A stretch of DNA of 64,000 nucleotides from Candidatus Woesebacteria bacterium (GTDB taxonomy: Bacteria; Patescibacteriota; Microgenomatia; UBA1400; PJMF01): assembly GCA_050123235.1 (NCBI GenBank), contig JASFHL010000003.1, positions 50,077-114,076 on the forward strand, read 5' to 3'. A program made the translations under genes and the position numbers. Below, in pieces: positions 18,694-29,485 of this stretch. Under the pieces are notes generated by a model, which saw only the letters and a list, made by a program, of their open reading frames with translations, had not been told where the DNA came from and searched no databases. Position 1 is the first letter of the stretch, and the number at the start of each line of letters is the position of its first letter.

Positions 18694-19788
18694 TTAATCA
18701 AGAAAATCTTGTAATTTTTTTCTACTACTAGGATGCTTGAGTTTTCTTAAAGCCTTAGCCTCTATTTGTCTAATTCTCTCCCTAGTGACACCAAATTTAC
18801 GACCCACTTCTTCCAAAGTCATGCTCTTGTTATTATGTAAACCAAATCTCATTCTTAAGACTTTTGCTTCTCGATCAGAGAGGGCTGACAAAACTTCGTT
18901 GACATTCTCTCTCAACATCTGCTGACTAGTGGAATCATAAGGTGAAGTTTGTTTATCATCAGCAATAAAGTCTCCCAAGATACTGTCATCTTCACCATCA
19001 CCCACTGGAGTTTCCAAGGAAGCTGTGTTTTGGGCAATCTTGAAAATCTCACGCACTTTATCAGGGTGCATCTCCATTTTTTTGGCAATTTCTTCTGGAG
19101 TGGGCTCACGACCCAGAGCCTGCATCATTCTACGGGAGGTTCTCATCAACTTATTGATGGTCTCCACCATGTGCACTGGGATGCGGATAGTGCGAGCTTG
19201 ATCAGCTATGGAACGGGTGATCGCTTGTCTGATCCACCAGGTGGCATAAGTAGAAAATTTAAAACCTTTGGTCCAGTCATATTTTTCTACTGCTCTGATC
19301 AAACCTTTATTACCTTCTTGAATTAAATCTAAAAAAGTTAAGCCACGACCAATGTATTTTTTAGCAATCGAAACTACCAAACGAAGGTTGGCATCAATTA
19401 GTTTTTTCTTAGCTCTTGCACTGCCTGCTTCTACTCGTTGAGCTAATCTAATTTCTTCTTCTCTAGTTAAAAGTGGAATACGACCAATCTCTTTGAGGTA
19501 CATCCTGACTGGGTCAGAAACACCCACATTACCTAGAGTGGCTAAGACATCCAATTCTTGTTTGAGTAAATCTTCGTCTTCATCTTCAGGTCTATCAGAA
19601 ACTGACTCAAAGATATCAATGTTATTCTTTAAGATTTGATCATAGAAATCATCGAGTTCATCAAGATATAGTTCTGGCTCAACAAAAACATCTAAGACTT
19701 CATCTTGAGTAATGAAACCATGTTTTTTTGCTTTTTTGAGCAACTCCTTAATATCTTTGACTAGTGCCTTAGGAATTTTCTTTTGCAT
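18694..19788 (-). CDS. rpoD: RNA polymerase sigma-70 factor (primary sigma)
   Basis: regions 2-4 including [28 protein letters not shown]. Confidence 0.9.
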   Translation of the reverse strand: MQKKIPKALVKDIKELLKKAKKHGFITQDEVLDVFVEPELYLDELDDFYDQILKNNIDIFESVSDRPEDEDEDLLKQELDVLATLGNVGVSDPVRMYLKEIGRIPLLTREEEIRLAQRVEAGSARAKKKLIDANLRLVVSIAKKYIGRGLTFLDLIQEGNKGLIRAVEKYDWTKGFKFSTYATWWIRQAITRSIADQARTIRIPVHMVETINKLMRTSRRMMQALGREPTPEEIAKKMEMHPDKVREIFKIAQNTASLETPVGDGEDDSILGDFIADDKQTSPYDSTSQQMLRENVNEVLSALSDREAKVLRMRFGLHNNKSMTLEEVGRKFGVTRERIRQIEAKALRKLKHPSSRKKLQDFLD

Positions 19789-19903
19789 GGAGATCTCAAT
19801 ATTATAATCTGCTAGGCTATTTTCTGCAAATCTGGAATAGAGTTTTATTCCAGATATCTAAAACACTTTAATTAATTAAAGCAAAAATTGTTTAATTTGG
19901 CTC

Positions 19904-20680
19904 TTAATTTATAATCGGCCAGTCTAAAGTTTTAGTTAAATAGATGGGTTTCTTTTTACCCACCACTAACATATATTCAAACATAGCTGCTTTGCTGCCA
20001 TCAGCTGTTTTGACTGTCCAAGCATCCTTTTCTATCCGGATACGTCTGTCACCGGCTACAATTTGAGCTTCAACACAAATTACCTGGCCTTCAATTAGAC
20101 GTGTGCCCGATCTGGGTGAGCCATAAGCTGGAATCTGTGGATCTTCATGCAAACTATGACCAATCCCATGGCCAATGAATTCTCTGACCACTGAAAAACC
20201 AGCTGTTTCAGCCACAGTTTGCATAGTATAGCCTAAATCGCCAGTGGTATTAGCTACAATTGCTTTTTTACAAGCCTTTTGAACAGCTTTTTTGGCTACT
20301 CGTACTAGTTTCTCATCTGCCGGTGATAGTTGCTCCACGCCCACTGTAAAACAATGATCTGTATTCAAACCTTGATATTCAATGCCAAAATCTACTTTCA
20401 CTAGATCACCTTTCTTAAAAATTCTATCATCAGGTATGCCATGCACCACTGTATCATTAACAGAAATACAAGTGGCGTGTTGATATTTATTTTTTTTAGG
20501 ACCGACGCCCTTAAAGTTTGGACTTACCTTATATTGTTTACAAAGTCTATCTGCTAAGGCATCAACTTCTAAAGCAGTCACTCCAGCTTTAATTGCTAGC
20601 CTAAGTTGTTCTAGAATCTCAGTGGAGATTTTAGCTGCCTGTTGGTATTGTGCAAGTTGTTGAGAAGTTTTAATTATCAC
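19904..20680 (-). CDS. map: type I methionyl aminopeptidase
   Basis: 258 aa, metal-binding D/H/E residues in conserved contexts (DHCFT, HGIGHSLHE). Confidence 0.9.
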   Translation of the reverse strand: MIIKTSQQLAQYQQAAKISTEILEQLRLAIKAGVTALEVDALADRLCKQYKVSPNFKGVGPKKNKYQHATCISVNDTVVHGIPDDRIFKKGDLVKVDFGIEYQGLNTDHCFTVGVEQLSPADEKLVRVAKKAVQKACKKAIVANTTGDLGYTMQTVAETAGFSVVREFIGHGIGHSLHEDPQIPAYGSPRSGTRLIEGQVICVEAQIVAGDRRIRIEKDAWTVKTADGSKAAMFEYMLVVGKKKPIYLTKTLDWPIIN

Positions 20681-20745
20681 AAGTTTTAAAATTTTCTATA
20701 AATTTGTAAAAATCTTCAATGGACAAAGTGGCTTTAATTTCGCAA

Positions 20746-21948
20746 CTATAAAACAAACTGACCTTTTTTATAAATTAGTTTTTTTGAGCCATCCACCAAA
20801 TATGCTGTCACAGTTCTATCTGTAGTAGAAATTATATCTGTGTGTTCAGCTGACTCGTTAAAGCCCTTAGCTCGCCAGTCTTTTTTCTTTAATTTACCCA
20901 TATCACCGCGGTAGCAATCTTTATATGACATACCAACTGCTAAATGCGTATTACCAAAGGGCCCAGCAATATTTTCATCAAATAAAGTTTCTGCCATTGG
21001 ATGACGGATACGAGACATGCGTTTATCAGTCAGAGAAAATTCTCCAAATTTATTAGCATTCTTACTTTTGAGCATTGCTTGCAAAAATTGATTACCTTTT
21101 TCAGCTTTGGCCTCCACGATGATTCCTTTTTCAACTCTAAGATAAATATTCTGTAAAACATTGCCATAGCGATAGAGAGGTTCATTAAAGCGCACCCAAC
21201 CTTCGATGCCACGCCAATCCGGGGAAGTAAAAATCTCAAAACTGGGGATATTCCTGCCACTGCCACCTTTCCAAATACGATCAGCGCCTAAAGTAACTTT
21301 TAAATCCACATCTGGGCCTTTGACTTCTAAATAATCAATTTTAAGTTTATTAAGTTTATTTTTAATTTCAGTTTGCAATTTAAAAACTTCTTGCCACTTA
21401 GCTATGGGGTCTGCTTTATCCAAAAAACAAGCTCGAACAATTTCCTGCCAATATTCTTTGAGCGATAAACCCACCTCTTTGGCTTTAGCTTCAACTCCCC
21501 ATAGTGCTACTGTCCAAGTAAACTTACCTTGCTGCTCTTTTTTATTTAACCAATCAAAATAAGGTTTTTTAATATCACGAGCCATAATAATTTTTTTAGG
21601 GTCAATTTCACTCAGTTCCCTCGGATTAGGATCAGCAATAATGCCTATGCGGTGATCAATAAGATTGACTTTAGCTCTGAGATATTTTTTGGGAAAAAAT
21701 TTAAGTTGCTGATCATTAGCTAAGCTATAAAAATCTTTAGAAAACTCAGTAGGTAATAAACGTATCAGTGGGTGAGCAGCAGCTTTTAAAAGAGTATTTT
21801 GTAACTCTAATGCCAGTGCTTTTGCAATGTCTGGTACTATGACTTCAACTACTTCATCTTTTTTAACACCTCTGCCACTGTTTAAGGCAAAATTAACTAA
21901 AACATCAGCATAGTTAGCTAGAATTTTTTTTGATGGTTGATATGACAT
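20746..21948 (-). CDS. aminopeptidase, M29 (AmpS/PepS-like) family
   Basis: 400 aa, overall similarity pattern to thermophilic aminopeptidases; no finer assignment possible. Confidence 0.5.
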   Translation of the reverse strand: MSYQPSKKILANYADVLVNFALNSGRGVKKDEVVEVIVPDIAKALALELQNTLLKAAAHPLIRLLPTEFSKDFYSLANDQQLKFFPKKYLRAKVNLIDHRIGIIADPNPRELSEIDPKKIIMARDIKKPYFDWLNKKEQQGKFTWTVALWGVEAKAKEVGLSLKEYWQEIVRACFLDKADPIAKWQEVFKLQTEIKNKLNKLKIDYLEVKGPDVDLKVTLGADRIWKGGSGRNIPSFEIFTSPDWRGIEGWVRFNEPLYRYGNVLQNIYLRVEKGIIVEAKAEKGNQFLQAMLKSKNANKFGEFSLTDKRMSRIRHPMAETLFDENIAGPFGNTHLAVGMSYKDCYRGDMGKLKKKDWRAKGFNESAEHTDIISTTDRTVTAYLVDGSKKLIYKKGQFVL

Positions 21949-22060
21949 ACAGTAGCTATTTTACCAGACTAATCAAAGATCTTAAGCGGTAACTTAATTA
22001 AGCTGTATTTAAGAATCTTATGAGTTCTTGTTATAATACTTTCATCAAAAAATAAAAACT

Positions 22061-22678
22061 ATGTCAAAAAAAATCAAATTTTATCAAGCTAAAAAAAAAT
22101 TACAAATTTCTGATAACATTTATAAAACTAGTATCAATGGCCTATATTACATAGTCAGCCGAAAGTATACTGATGAACGTGGTTTCTTTTCTGAAATAGT
22201 GAAATTACCTGAACTAGAAAAGGCACTCAAAATTAAATTTTCTGTCAAACAATTTAACTATTCCTATTCCAAAACTAAAGTCGTCAGAGGCATGCATGCT
22301 GAAGGCTGGAATAAATTAGTCTTGGTCTCTCGTGGTTTAGCTTTTTCTGCTTTAGCCGATGTAAATCCTAAATCAAAAACTTTTGGTAAAGTTGAATATT
22401 TTAAATTAGGAGCTAATCAAAAACCAGGCTATGCTAATGGACTTTTTATTAGTCAAGGCATTGCTAATTCCCTCTGCGCTCTTAAAGGCCCAGTCAATTA
22501 TATTTATTTGGTTGATAGACTTTATTGCCAAAGAGATAAAAAAGATGACCAAGCCATCTCTATTTTTGACCCAGATTTAAAAATCACTTGGCCGTTTCCA
22601 GATTCAGAGTTAATTATTTCAAAAAGGGATAAAAATAGTGTTACTTTAAGAGAACTTTATCCTGAAAAATTTAAATAA
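22061..22678 (+). CDS. RmlC-like cupin (dTDP-4-dehydrorhamnose 3,5-epimerase family)
   Basis: DERGFFSE ... VVRGMHAE motif pattern of RfbC-type epimerases. Confidence 0.6.
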   Translation: MSKKIKFYQAKKKLQISDNIYKTSINGLYYIVSRKYTDERGFFSEIVKLPELEKALKIKFSVKQFNYSYSKTKVVRGMHAEGWNKLVLVSRGLAFSALADVNPKSKTFGKVEYFKLGANQKPGYANGLFISQGIANSLCALKGPVNYIYLVDRLYCQRDKKDDQAISIFDPDLKITWPFPDSELIISKRDKNSVTLRELYPEKFK

Positions 22679-22683
22679 AATTA

Positions 22684-23271
22684 TTAACTATTATTAAACT
22701 CTTCATTGCTGTTCATATCTGATTCAATTAAATCACGTAAATAAACAGACCTTGGAATTCTTTTATTTCTAGAAATCCAATCTAAATAATTTTGATGCTT
22801 AGGTGAGATAAAAAAATTAAAACGAGTATCTTGTTGATCTGAAGCATAGTTAAGTGCATATTTAAGCAATTCTTTTAAATCATCTTTATCAGAATATTCC
22901 AAAACCTGCAATTTATCATTTTCTACCCCCATAATATAGTGGGGCTCAAAACCTTTGTGATACAAAGCAATTACTGGAGTGCCACTCTCAAGGGCTTTAT
23001 GTAAAAGAAAACCCATAGAAAGACTATGAACAGATAACTCTAAAACTACTACATCTGCTTTTTTTATTTTATTGATTGTTCTTTTGTAATGCTTAATTTT
23101 TTCATCATGCTTGCCGTTATAAAATTTTTGCCTAAACTTCTTACTTTGTTCTGCTTGAATTAATTCATTTATGTTCTCATGACCTAAATCGATAATTAAT
23201 TGATAGATTTTTTGATAATATTTACCAAATTTATCTATTCCTCTCCCAGATGAATCAAAGTAAATTTTCAT
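22684..23271 (-). CDS. nucleoside 2-deoxyribosyltransferase-like (NDT/SLOG-fold) protein
   Basis: ADVVVLELS...SMGFLLHKALESGTPVIALY resembles NDT catalytic-Glu region; weak. Confidence 0.35.
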   Translation of the reverse strand: MKIYFDSSGRGIDKFGKYYQKIYQLIIDLGHENINELIQAEQSKKFRQKFYNGKHDEKIKHYKRTINKIKKADVVVLELSVHSLSMGFLLHKALESGTPVIALYHKGFEPHYIMGVENDKLQVLEYSDKDDLKELLKYALNYASDQQDTRFNFFISPKHQNYLDWISRNKRIPRSVYLRDLIESDMNSNEEFNNS

Positions 23272-23431
23272 ATTAAATTTTCTATATAATATATAAATAG
23301 TATTTTAAAAAAATATTGTTATAATATAGAACATTTTTATTAACTTTTTATTAAAAAACCTTTATAAACAGTTAATAAAAATTTCTTTTTTGTATAATAT
23401 CATAATTTATTATTAAATATAAAACAAACTA

Positions 23432-24667
23432 ATGAAAAACAAGAACTATATTCTTTCAGATATATATCGTGTGCCAAAAGATAAACAGCTGAAAAGGAGT
23501 GAAATCTTATATCACGGCTCACTTACTCCTTTATGGTTCAATCTTTATAAATGGAAAAATTATTCTATTAAGGTTAGTTATGCTGATTCAGTATTTACTG
23601 CTGATTACAAAGTGCTTCCTTATGAAAACGAAATTAATCCTCATTTATATAAGCCACTCTTTTACGAGAAAAAAAATGAGCAAACACTCTATATTCAAGT
23701 CACTAGTGTAGATACTCTTTGGCACACGCTGAGATCTCTAGCAATCATCAATGCTCACTTGAGTCTTAGTAATGATATTCCAATTACTGTTAGTTTCTAT
23801 AATAAAGATTATCATCATTTTGCTAGCCATTGGCAGCTTCATGAAAGAGTGATGATTGGCCGTTGTATCAGTATCATTAATTATTTTCGTTTGATTTATC
23901 TATTAGAAAATAAATACCTCGATCGAACTGAATTGGATAAAATTAGCATTAATCTAGAACTTTCTCGAATTAAACCAATTGAAATAAATCAATATGATAG
24001 TCTCTTTGAGCTAGCAGATAAAGCCATTAAACTTGAAAAACTTCAATCCAAATCAAAAGTAGTGATTGGCTATAATCTTTCTTGGCAAAATCAAAAACTT
24101 ACTGTTCTACAGCTACCTTGGGGCGTAGGCATGGCTGAAGAACTAATCAAAGCGCTTTATCAATTACAGCCACAGCTTAAAAAAATCGGCTTGGTAGGTG
24201 GGGTTGGCTACATCGGCCAAAACAAAGCTAGTATTGATGACCTATTTGTACCAGATTCATTGATTAAAACAGATAAAGAAGGAAATTACTCGGAAACTAA
24301 AATTGCTAATTTTTATTCATCAATTCCCAAAAACAAATATTTCCCTGAGGAGAAGAAAAATCTAAGTACAGGTAAAATTTTTTCTGTCATCCCTCTAAAG
24401 GGGGCTCTATCTAGATCTGAGATGGTCAAAAAAAGTCCCATTGAATGCCAAGCTATTGACATGGAATTAAAAGGATTTATTAAAGCTTTTGAAGCAATTG
24501 ACTCAAAAACTGATTTAGCTGCTGTCTATTACATCATGGATACCATTCATAAACTTCAAGGTGATACTTATTATAGTTATCGATTTTTAGAAAAACTGTT
24601 TTCTTCAACTGAGCGAGGCAAGTATGTTTGTATTGAAAAAATTAGCAATTTCTTAACTAGCGACTAA
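23432..24667 (+). CDS. hypothetical protein with C-terminal purine/uridine-phosphorylase-like (PNP_UDP) domain
   Basis: C-terminal ~200 aa: VVIGYN...GVGMAEELIKAL...IGLVGGVGYIG...ECQAIDMELKGF; N-terminal ~200 aa unknown. Confidence 0.4.
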   Translation: MKNKNYILSDIYRVPKDKQLKRSEILYHGSLTPLWFNLYKWKNYSIKVSYADSVFTADYKVLPYENEINPHLYKPLFYEKKNEQTLYIQVTSVDTLWHTLRSLAIINAHLSLSNDIPITVSFYNKDYHHFASHWQLHERVMIGRCISIINYFRLIYLLENKYLDRTELDKISINLELSRIKPIEINQYDSLFELADKAIKLEKLQSKSKVVIGYNLSWQNQKLTVLQLPWGVGMAEELIKALYQLQPQLKKIGLVGGVGYIGQNKASIDDLFVPDSLIKTDKEGNYSETKIANFYSSIPKNKYFPEEKKNLSTGKIFSVIPLKGALSRSEMVKKSPIECQAIDMELKGFIKAFEAIDSKTDLAAVYYIMDTIHKLQGDTYYSYRFLEKLFSSTERGKYVCIEKISNFLTSD

Positions 24668-24750
24668 AAAGTTAAGTCAGCAAGTAATTTAATAAAAAAA
24701 CCGAGAAAAATATCCTCTTAAGCATCGATTCCAAAATAATAAAATAAAGC

Positions 24751-27700
24751 CTAATCCAAAAACTTTAATTCTCTTATTTCTACCATCACCTCCCGGATTA
24801 AATTCTTGAGATCTTCCACATCATCTTGAGGCAAGCTAAATTTTCTTTGTACTAACTTGCCACTCTGTTTACTAGGTTCTACAAAATCAAAAACTCCTTC
24901 TTCCACTTGATAATTAAATGATTTATCTAACTGAGCTAAGAGTTTATAAAACAAAAGCTGGCGTTTGTAGCTTCCACGAATACTTTTTGGCAAAGTTTGC
25001 TCTCTCTCACTCAAGCCAGCTGAGAGAGTACGACCCTCAATAAAGCCCACAGTTTTAGCAGCTCCAGTTTTATAATCTATTACCCTGACTGTTTTTTTAT
25101 TTCTATCTAGAAGATCCACTCGATCAACTCTTCCAGTTAAGGCAATATCATCTAAAACTGTTTTGTGAAAACCACTACCAAAAAACTGCTCCATCATCAG
25201 AATCTTAGGTTGATCAGCTTGATAAAATTGATAATATTGAGTTAAAATTTCTTCACCGTATTTCAATCTTTTTTTAAATTCATTTTCATCTAAAAGCTCT
25301 TTTTCCAGAGCAAGTTTGAAATGAAGTAAAACTTCTGGTAATGGCAATTTTTGTCTTTTTTGCAAACAAGGTTTATACATTTGTTCTAAAGCAAAATGCA
25401 CAGCTGTCCCAAAAGCCATTGCTACTGGTTTAGCCCGAGGAACTTTTAACAAAACATTTTCCAGAAACTCCTGTTTATCTCTCAGATAAGTATTTAAATT
25501 AGTCACCGAAAGCTTAAAATTCTTTAATAACTGAGCAAAAAATTGTTTTTCAGTTGATTTAATTTTTCTTACTTTGGGAGCACTGATGATTTTCTCTAAA
25601 TACTGCTCAGCGTTTTGATTAATTTGTTTTGCCTCATCAACTTCTACTTTCTCTAGTTCATGTAAAAATAGACTTGCGGCCACATCTCTACTGTAATTTT
25701 CAGTCAAAAATGTGGCTGAATAACTAATGCTCACTTGTTTTTTCGCCCTGGTCAAAGCTACATAAAATAATCTCCTCTCATCTTCATTTCTTTCTTTTTT
25801 ACTTAGATCAGTATTTTTAAGGATTCCATCTGGCAGAGGAATCAAATCGCGCTTACGAGCATTGCCCCATTTACCATCAATTAGATGCATCAAAAAAACA
25901 TAGTCCCACTCTTGCCCTTTGGCCTTATGAACTGTGGATAAATGAACAGCATCTTGCCTTAAATTAAGATCTTCAGCTGGAATCTGTAGTTTATGCTCTC
26001 TCATAGTGTCAATGGCAGTTAAAAAACTGGCTAAATTAAAAGCATGATTAGCATTAGCTTGTGATTTGATCTCACGATATAGAGAATTTAGATTAGTTAA
26101 AATCTCTAAACGCTGCTCATGTTTTAAAACCCAATCCAGAAAATTAGATTCTTTTAGCAGGTACTCAAACCATTGAGGAAAAGTCATTTGAGGCTCTTGG
26201 CTTGTCCAAAGCTCTAGTTTAGCAAGAAAGTCAACTAACTTTTGAAAGTCCTCTTCTGGAAATTGATATTCTTTAGCTGCCTCGGCAATTGGCTCAAAAC
26301 CAAGTTTCAATAAATCTACAATACTGTTTTTCTTAAACTGATTTGCCAAACGAGTCAATTTCATGACTGATAAATGATCTAAATTAAAAAAAGGATATTG
26401 CATTAATTCAAAAAATCTTTCATCTTCTGTAGCAGTCCTTAAATCCAAAAGCACCTGCAAAAGAGTTAAAAGTTGATTAATAAGCGGATCAGTAAGAATA
26501 TTGCCACCGCCATCAATTTCATAAGCAATCTCCCATTTACTTAAAATCTGACAAAGCAAATCAGCATCACTATTATTGCGATATAAAACAGCAATCTCTG
26601 CTAAATTAACAGCTTGCTTTTTCAATTTTTTAATTTCTTCGGCAATATAGACTATTTCTAAAGTTTGCACTGCGGCCTCATGGACTTTAATCTTTTTGCC
26701 AGTTCCATGTGGACTTTTGAGAGCCAAATTAAAATCCTTAAAAGCAGTCTCGTCCAAAGACAAACTATTTTCAGCAATCAATTTACTAGCAGCATCATAT
26801 AAAGTCTGACTACAACGATAGCCTTTATCTAGAGTAATAATCTCAGCTTGAGGATAATGCTTAGTAAAAGCTAAAACATTCTCCACTGAAGCCCCCTGAA
26901 AACGATAAATAGACTGATTAGGATCACCAACCACAAAAATATTTGCGTCTTCACCCCAATAGGAAGTTAATAAATCCAGGACACGATTCTGAGCTGAGTT
27001 GCTATCTTGATACTCATCTACCAAAAAATAAAGAATGTTTTCCTGATATTCTCTAAGTAAAAGTTCATTTTGTTCAAAAGCTGAGAGCACCAAGGCAATC
27101 ATATCCTCATAATCAAACTTTAAACTATCTCTTAAATTTTCTTGATATTTTTCATAAATCAGAATCAATTCCTGATTCTTAGCCAATATTTTTTCTTTTC
27201 TTTTTAGCTCAGTTTTAGTGATTTTCTTGTTTTGAAGCAATTTTTTTTGTTTTTTGGGAAGCTTAGTCTCCTCTTCAAGCTGATCACGCAAAGACTCTAG
27301 GGCTTCGGCTTCTGACTTAATAATTTTTTTAAAATCTTTAACTGAAACTCCCTCCCTTTTAAGATTCGCAATGCTTTTAACAATATCTTTTAAATAAAAA
27401 TAAGGCTTATTCAAGGGTTTCAAAGCATGTAAGTCCAATTCATCAATAATTTTTTGCAAAAAATCATAGGATTCCAAAGATGTCAGAGGTTTACTAGCAC
27501 GCTCCAAGGGAAAATATTCAGGATGACTGTCAATTACTTCCTTACAAAAAGCATGAAAAGTATTAATCTGGACATAATAGGCAGCCTTGCCAATCATTTG
27601 TGCTAGGCGTTCTCGCATGTTTTTGGCAGCAGACTTAGTAAAAGTCAAAGCTAGAATAGAACGCGGATCAGTGTCAGTTTGTTTGAGAATATTGGCAATC

Positions 27701-27837
27701 CTGGCTGATAAAACCTGAGTTTTACCAGTACCAGGGCCAGCTAAAACCATCACTGGCCCATCAATTTGATCAACAGCCGCTCGTTGTTGTTTGTTGAGTT
27801 GTTGGTAGACTTTTTTGAAGTAATTTTTAGCTTTCAT
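24751..27837 (-). CDS. UvrD/PcrA-family helicase fused to C-terminal PD-(D/E)XK nuclease (AddA-like)
   Basis: Walker A GPGTGKTQ, UvrD motifs, C-terminal ..VIDYKTG.. RecB-type nuclease. Confidence 0.75.
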   Translation of the reverse strand: MKAKNYFKKVYQQLNKQQRAAVDQIDGPVMVLAGPGTGKTQVLSARIANILKQTDTDPRSILALTFTKSAAKNMRERLAQMIGKAAYYVQINTFHAFCKEVIDSHPEYFPLERASKPLTSLESYDFLQKIIDELDLHALKPLNKPYFYLKDIVKSIANLKREGVSVKDFKKIIKSEAEALESLRDQLEEETKLPKKQKKLLQNKKITKTELKRKEKILAKNQELILIYEKYQENLRDSLKFDYEDMIALVLSAFEQNELLLREYQENILYFLVDEYQDSNSAQNRVLDLLTSYWGEDANIFVVGDPNQSIYRFQGASVENVLAFTKHYPQAEIITLDKGYRCSQTLYDAASKLIAENSLSLDETAFKDFNLALKSPHGTGKKIKVHEAAVQTLEIVYIAEEIKKLKKQAVNLAEIAVLYRNNSDADLLCQILSKWEIAYEIDGGGNILTDPLINQLLTLLQVLLDLRTATEDERFFELMQYPFFNLDHLSVMKLTRLANQFKKNSIVDLLKLGFEPIAEAAKEYQFPEEDFQKLVDFLAKLELWTSQEPQMTFPQWFEYLLKESNFLDWVLKHEQRLEILTNLNSLYREIKSQANANHAFNLASFLTAIDTMREHKLQIPAEDLNLRQDAVHLSTVHKAKGQEWDYVFLMHLIDGKWGNARKRDLIPLPDGILKNTDLSKKERNEDERRLFYVALTRAKKQVSISYSATFLTENYSRDVAASLFLHELEKVEVDEAKQINQNAEQYLEKIISAPKVRKIKSTEKQFFAQLLKNFKLSVTNLNTYLRDKQEFLENVLLKVPRAKPVAMAFGTAVHFALEQMYKPCLQKRQKLPLPEVLLHFKLALEKELLDENEFKKRLKYGEEILTQYYQFYQADQPKILMMEQFFGSGFHKTVLDDIALTGRVDRVDLLDRNKKTVRVIDYKTGAAKTVGFIEGRTLSAGLSEREQTLPKSIRGSYKRQLLFYKLLAQLDKSFNYQVEEGVFDFVEPSKQSGKLVQRKFSLPQDDVEDLKNLIREVMVEIRELKFLD

Positions 27838-27877
27838 ATTTGAATTTTGTGCTAGCTGATTGGATTGTTTATGTAGT

Positions 27878-27983
27878 TGATAGGATAATATTCTAAAGAC
27901 TCACCCACTCTCGCCAGAATGTTCTTCTGCTTTGCAGAAACTCTGTAACGCACCGGGTTCGCTTGTAGAATATTATCCTATCA
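27878..27983. repeat. family-2 palindrome-embedded intergenic element, copy A
   Basis: ~70-nt core (aaagactcacccactctcgccagaatgttcttctgctttgcagaaactctgtaacgca) flanked by 17-bp perfect IR gataggataatattcta/tagaatattatcctatc; inverted copy at 55260..55359. Confidence 0.55.
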
Positions 27984-28026
27984 GCTATAAATACCAATAT
28001 TTTAACTAAGTACAAAGCTCATAACT

Positions 28027-29133
28027 CTAAACAAATTTTTTAAACAGCATTTCAACTTCATCAGCACTATTAGTCAGCACTAACTCTTGCCGAATCCGGC
28101 TAGCATCCTTGATACCTTTAATATACCAAGCTAAATGCTTTCTCATTGGCAAAAAGCTATATTTTTCATTCATCGCAAAGGTCTTTTCATAAAGCCTGGC
28201 ATGCTCGAGAGCGATTTTGAAAATTGACCTTTGCTGCCTAGGAGCTGCAGGCTGACTTTCTGCATCAGCGCCTTGTTTACTATAACCAGCTGGCTGAGCT
28301 TCATCAAGAAAGACAAAAGGATTACCTAAACTAGCCCGAGCAATTAAAACTCCAGCTACGCCATATTCTTTTGCTTTTACTAAAGCCTCTTGCCTGGATT
28401 TAAGATCACCATTTCCTAAAATAAACGTCCCAGTACCTTGAGCTAGCTTAACTGCTCTGCCAATCTCTTGCCAGTTTGCTTGCCCCTTGTAAGCTTGCCT
28501 TAAAGTACGCCCATGCAGAGCAATGGCTGCTGGCTGCGTTTCTAATAGGGTCGATAGCCAATCCTTAGTAATCACCCGATCAAAACCAATTCTTGTTTTA
28601 ATACTGACTGGAATTTTGCGTTTTGCTTGATATTTTTTGGGCAAAGCTTGATGCTTCTTTTCCACCTCTTGCCAAATCTCTTGAGAAATATCAGCACAAT
28701 CACGACTATGTTTACCTTGGTAGCAATCTTCAATACCTGCTTGAGTGGCTTTGATAATTTTTTGGGCTAGTTTAGGATTTTTAATCAAGGCTGCCCCAGC
28801 ACCATGACTAGCTACAGTTTTAGCTGGGCAGCCCATATTCAAATCGATACCATCAAAACCTAACTCTGCCACCAGCACTGCTATTTGGCGAAAGGCTGCT
28901 GGAGTTTTACCATAAAGCTGGGCTATGATGGGGCGTTGACTTTCATCATATAAAAGCTGTCTTAATAAAACCTTGGCAGCATGACAAAGACCCTCTACAC
29001 TAGTAAATTCTGTGTAGATTAAGTCTGGATTGCTATATTTTTTGACTAAATGACGAAATGGCTGGTCAGTAACTCCATCCATGGGAGCAAGAGCAACGAT
29101 GGGTTTGGGGAGTGTTTGCCAAAAGTTTTGCAC
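28027..29133 (-). CDS. dus: tRNA-dihydrouridine synthase
   Basis: ALAPMDGVTDQPFR N-terminal motif, TIM-barrel flavoenzyme pattern. Confidence 0.8.
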   Translation of the reverse strand: MQNFWQTLPKPIVALAPMDGVTDQPFRHLVKKYSNPDLIYTEFTSVEGLCHAAKVLLRQLLYDESQRPIIAQLYGKTPAAFRQIAVLVAELGFDGIDLNMGCPAKTVASHGAGAALIKNPKLAQKIIKATQAGIEDCYQGKHSRDCADISQEIWQEVEKKHQALPKKYQAKRKIPVSIKTRIGFDRVITKDWLSTLLETQPAAIALHGRTLRQAYKGQANWQEIGRAVKLAQGTGTFILGNGDLKSRQEALVKAKEYGVAGVLIARASLGNPFVFLDEAQPAGYSKQGADAESQPAAPRQQRSIFKIALEHARLYEKTFAMNEKYSFLPMRKHLAWYIKGIKDASRIRQELVLTNSADEVEMLFKKFV

Positions 29134-29209
29134 AAAGAGAGAATCTTAAGGAATTATTCAGAATTTCATTATGGATAACCCACTTAACTAATTTATAGCT
29201 ATATTAAAT

Positions 29210-29485
29210 TTAATATGTTTTGCCTACCTTTCTCAACTTTTCAGACAACCACATTCTAGCTAAACTGGAAACACTTAAATTATAGTGCTGAGCAATTTTT
29301 TTTAATTGCTTTTTTAATGAAGTTTGTAATCTAATAGTTAATACTTCTTTTTTTTGAAAAACCTGTTTAAAAAATTTCACAGAAACCTTTTTCATTTCAG
29401 GTAAATAATCAGTCAGATCATGCTGATCCCAGAAATTAGCTTCTTCTTGAACTGATTTAAATCTAGGAATTTTATTTTCTGACAT
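29210..29485 (-). CDS. brnA: BrnA-type antitoxin
   Basis: 91 aa, EANFWDQHDLTDY motif, overlaps upstream brnT. Confidence 0.6.
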   Translation of the reverse strand: MSENKIPRFKSVQEEANFWDQHDLTDYLPEMKKVSVKFFKQVFQKKEVLTIRLQTSLKKQLKKIAQHYNLSVSSLARMWLSEKLRKVGKTY

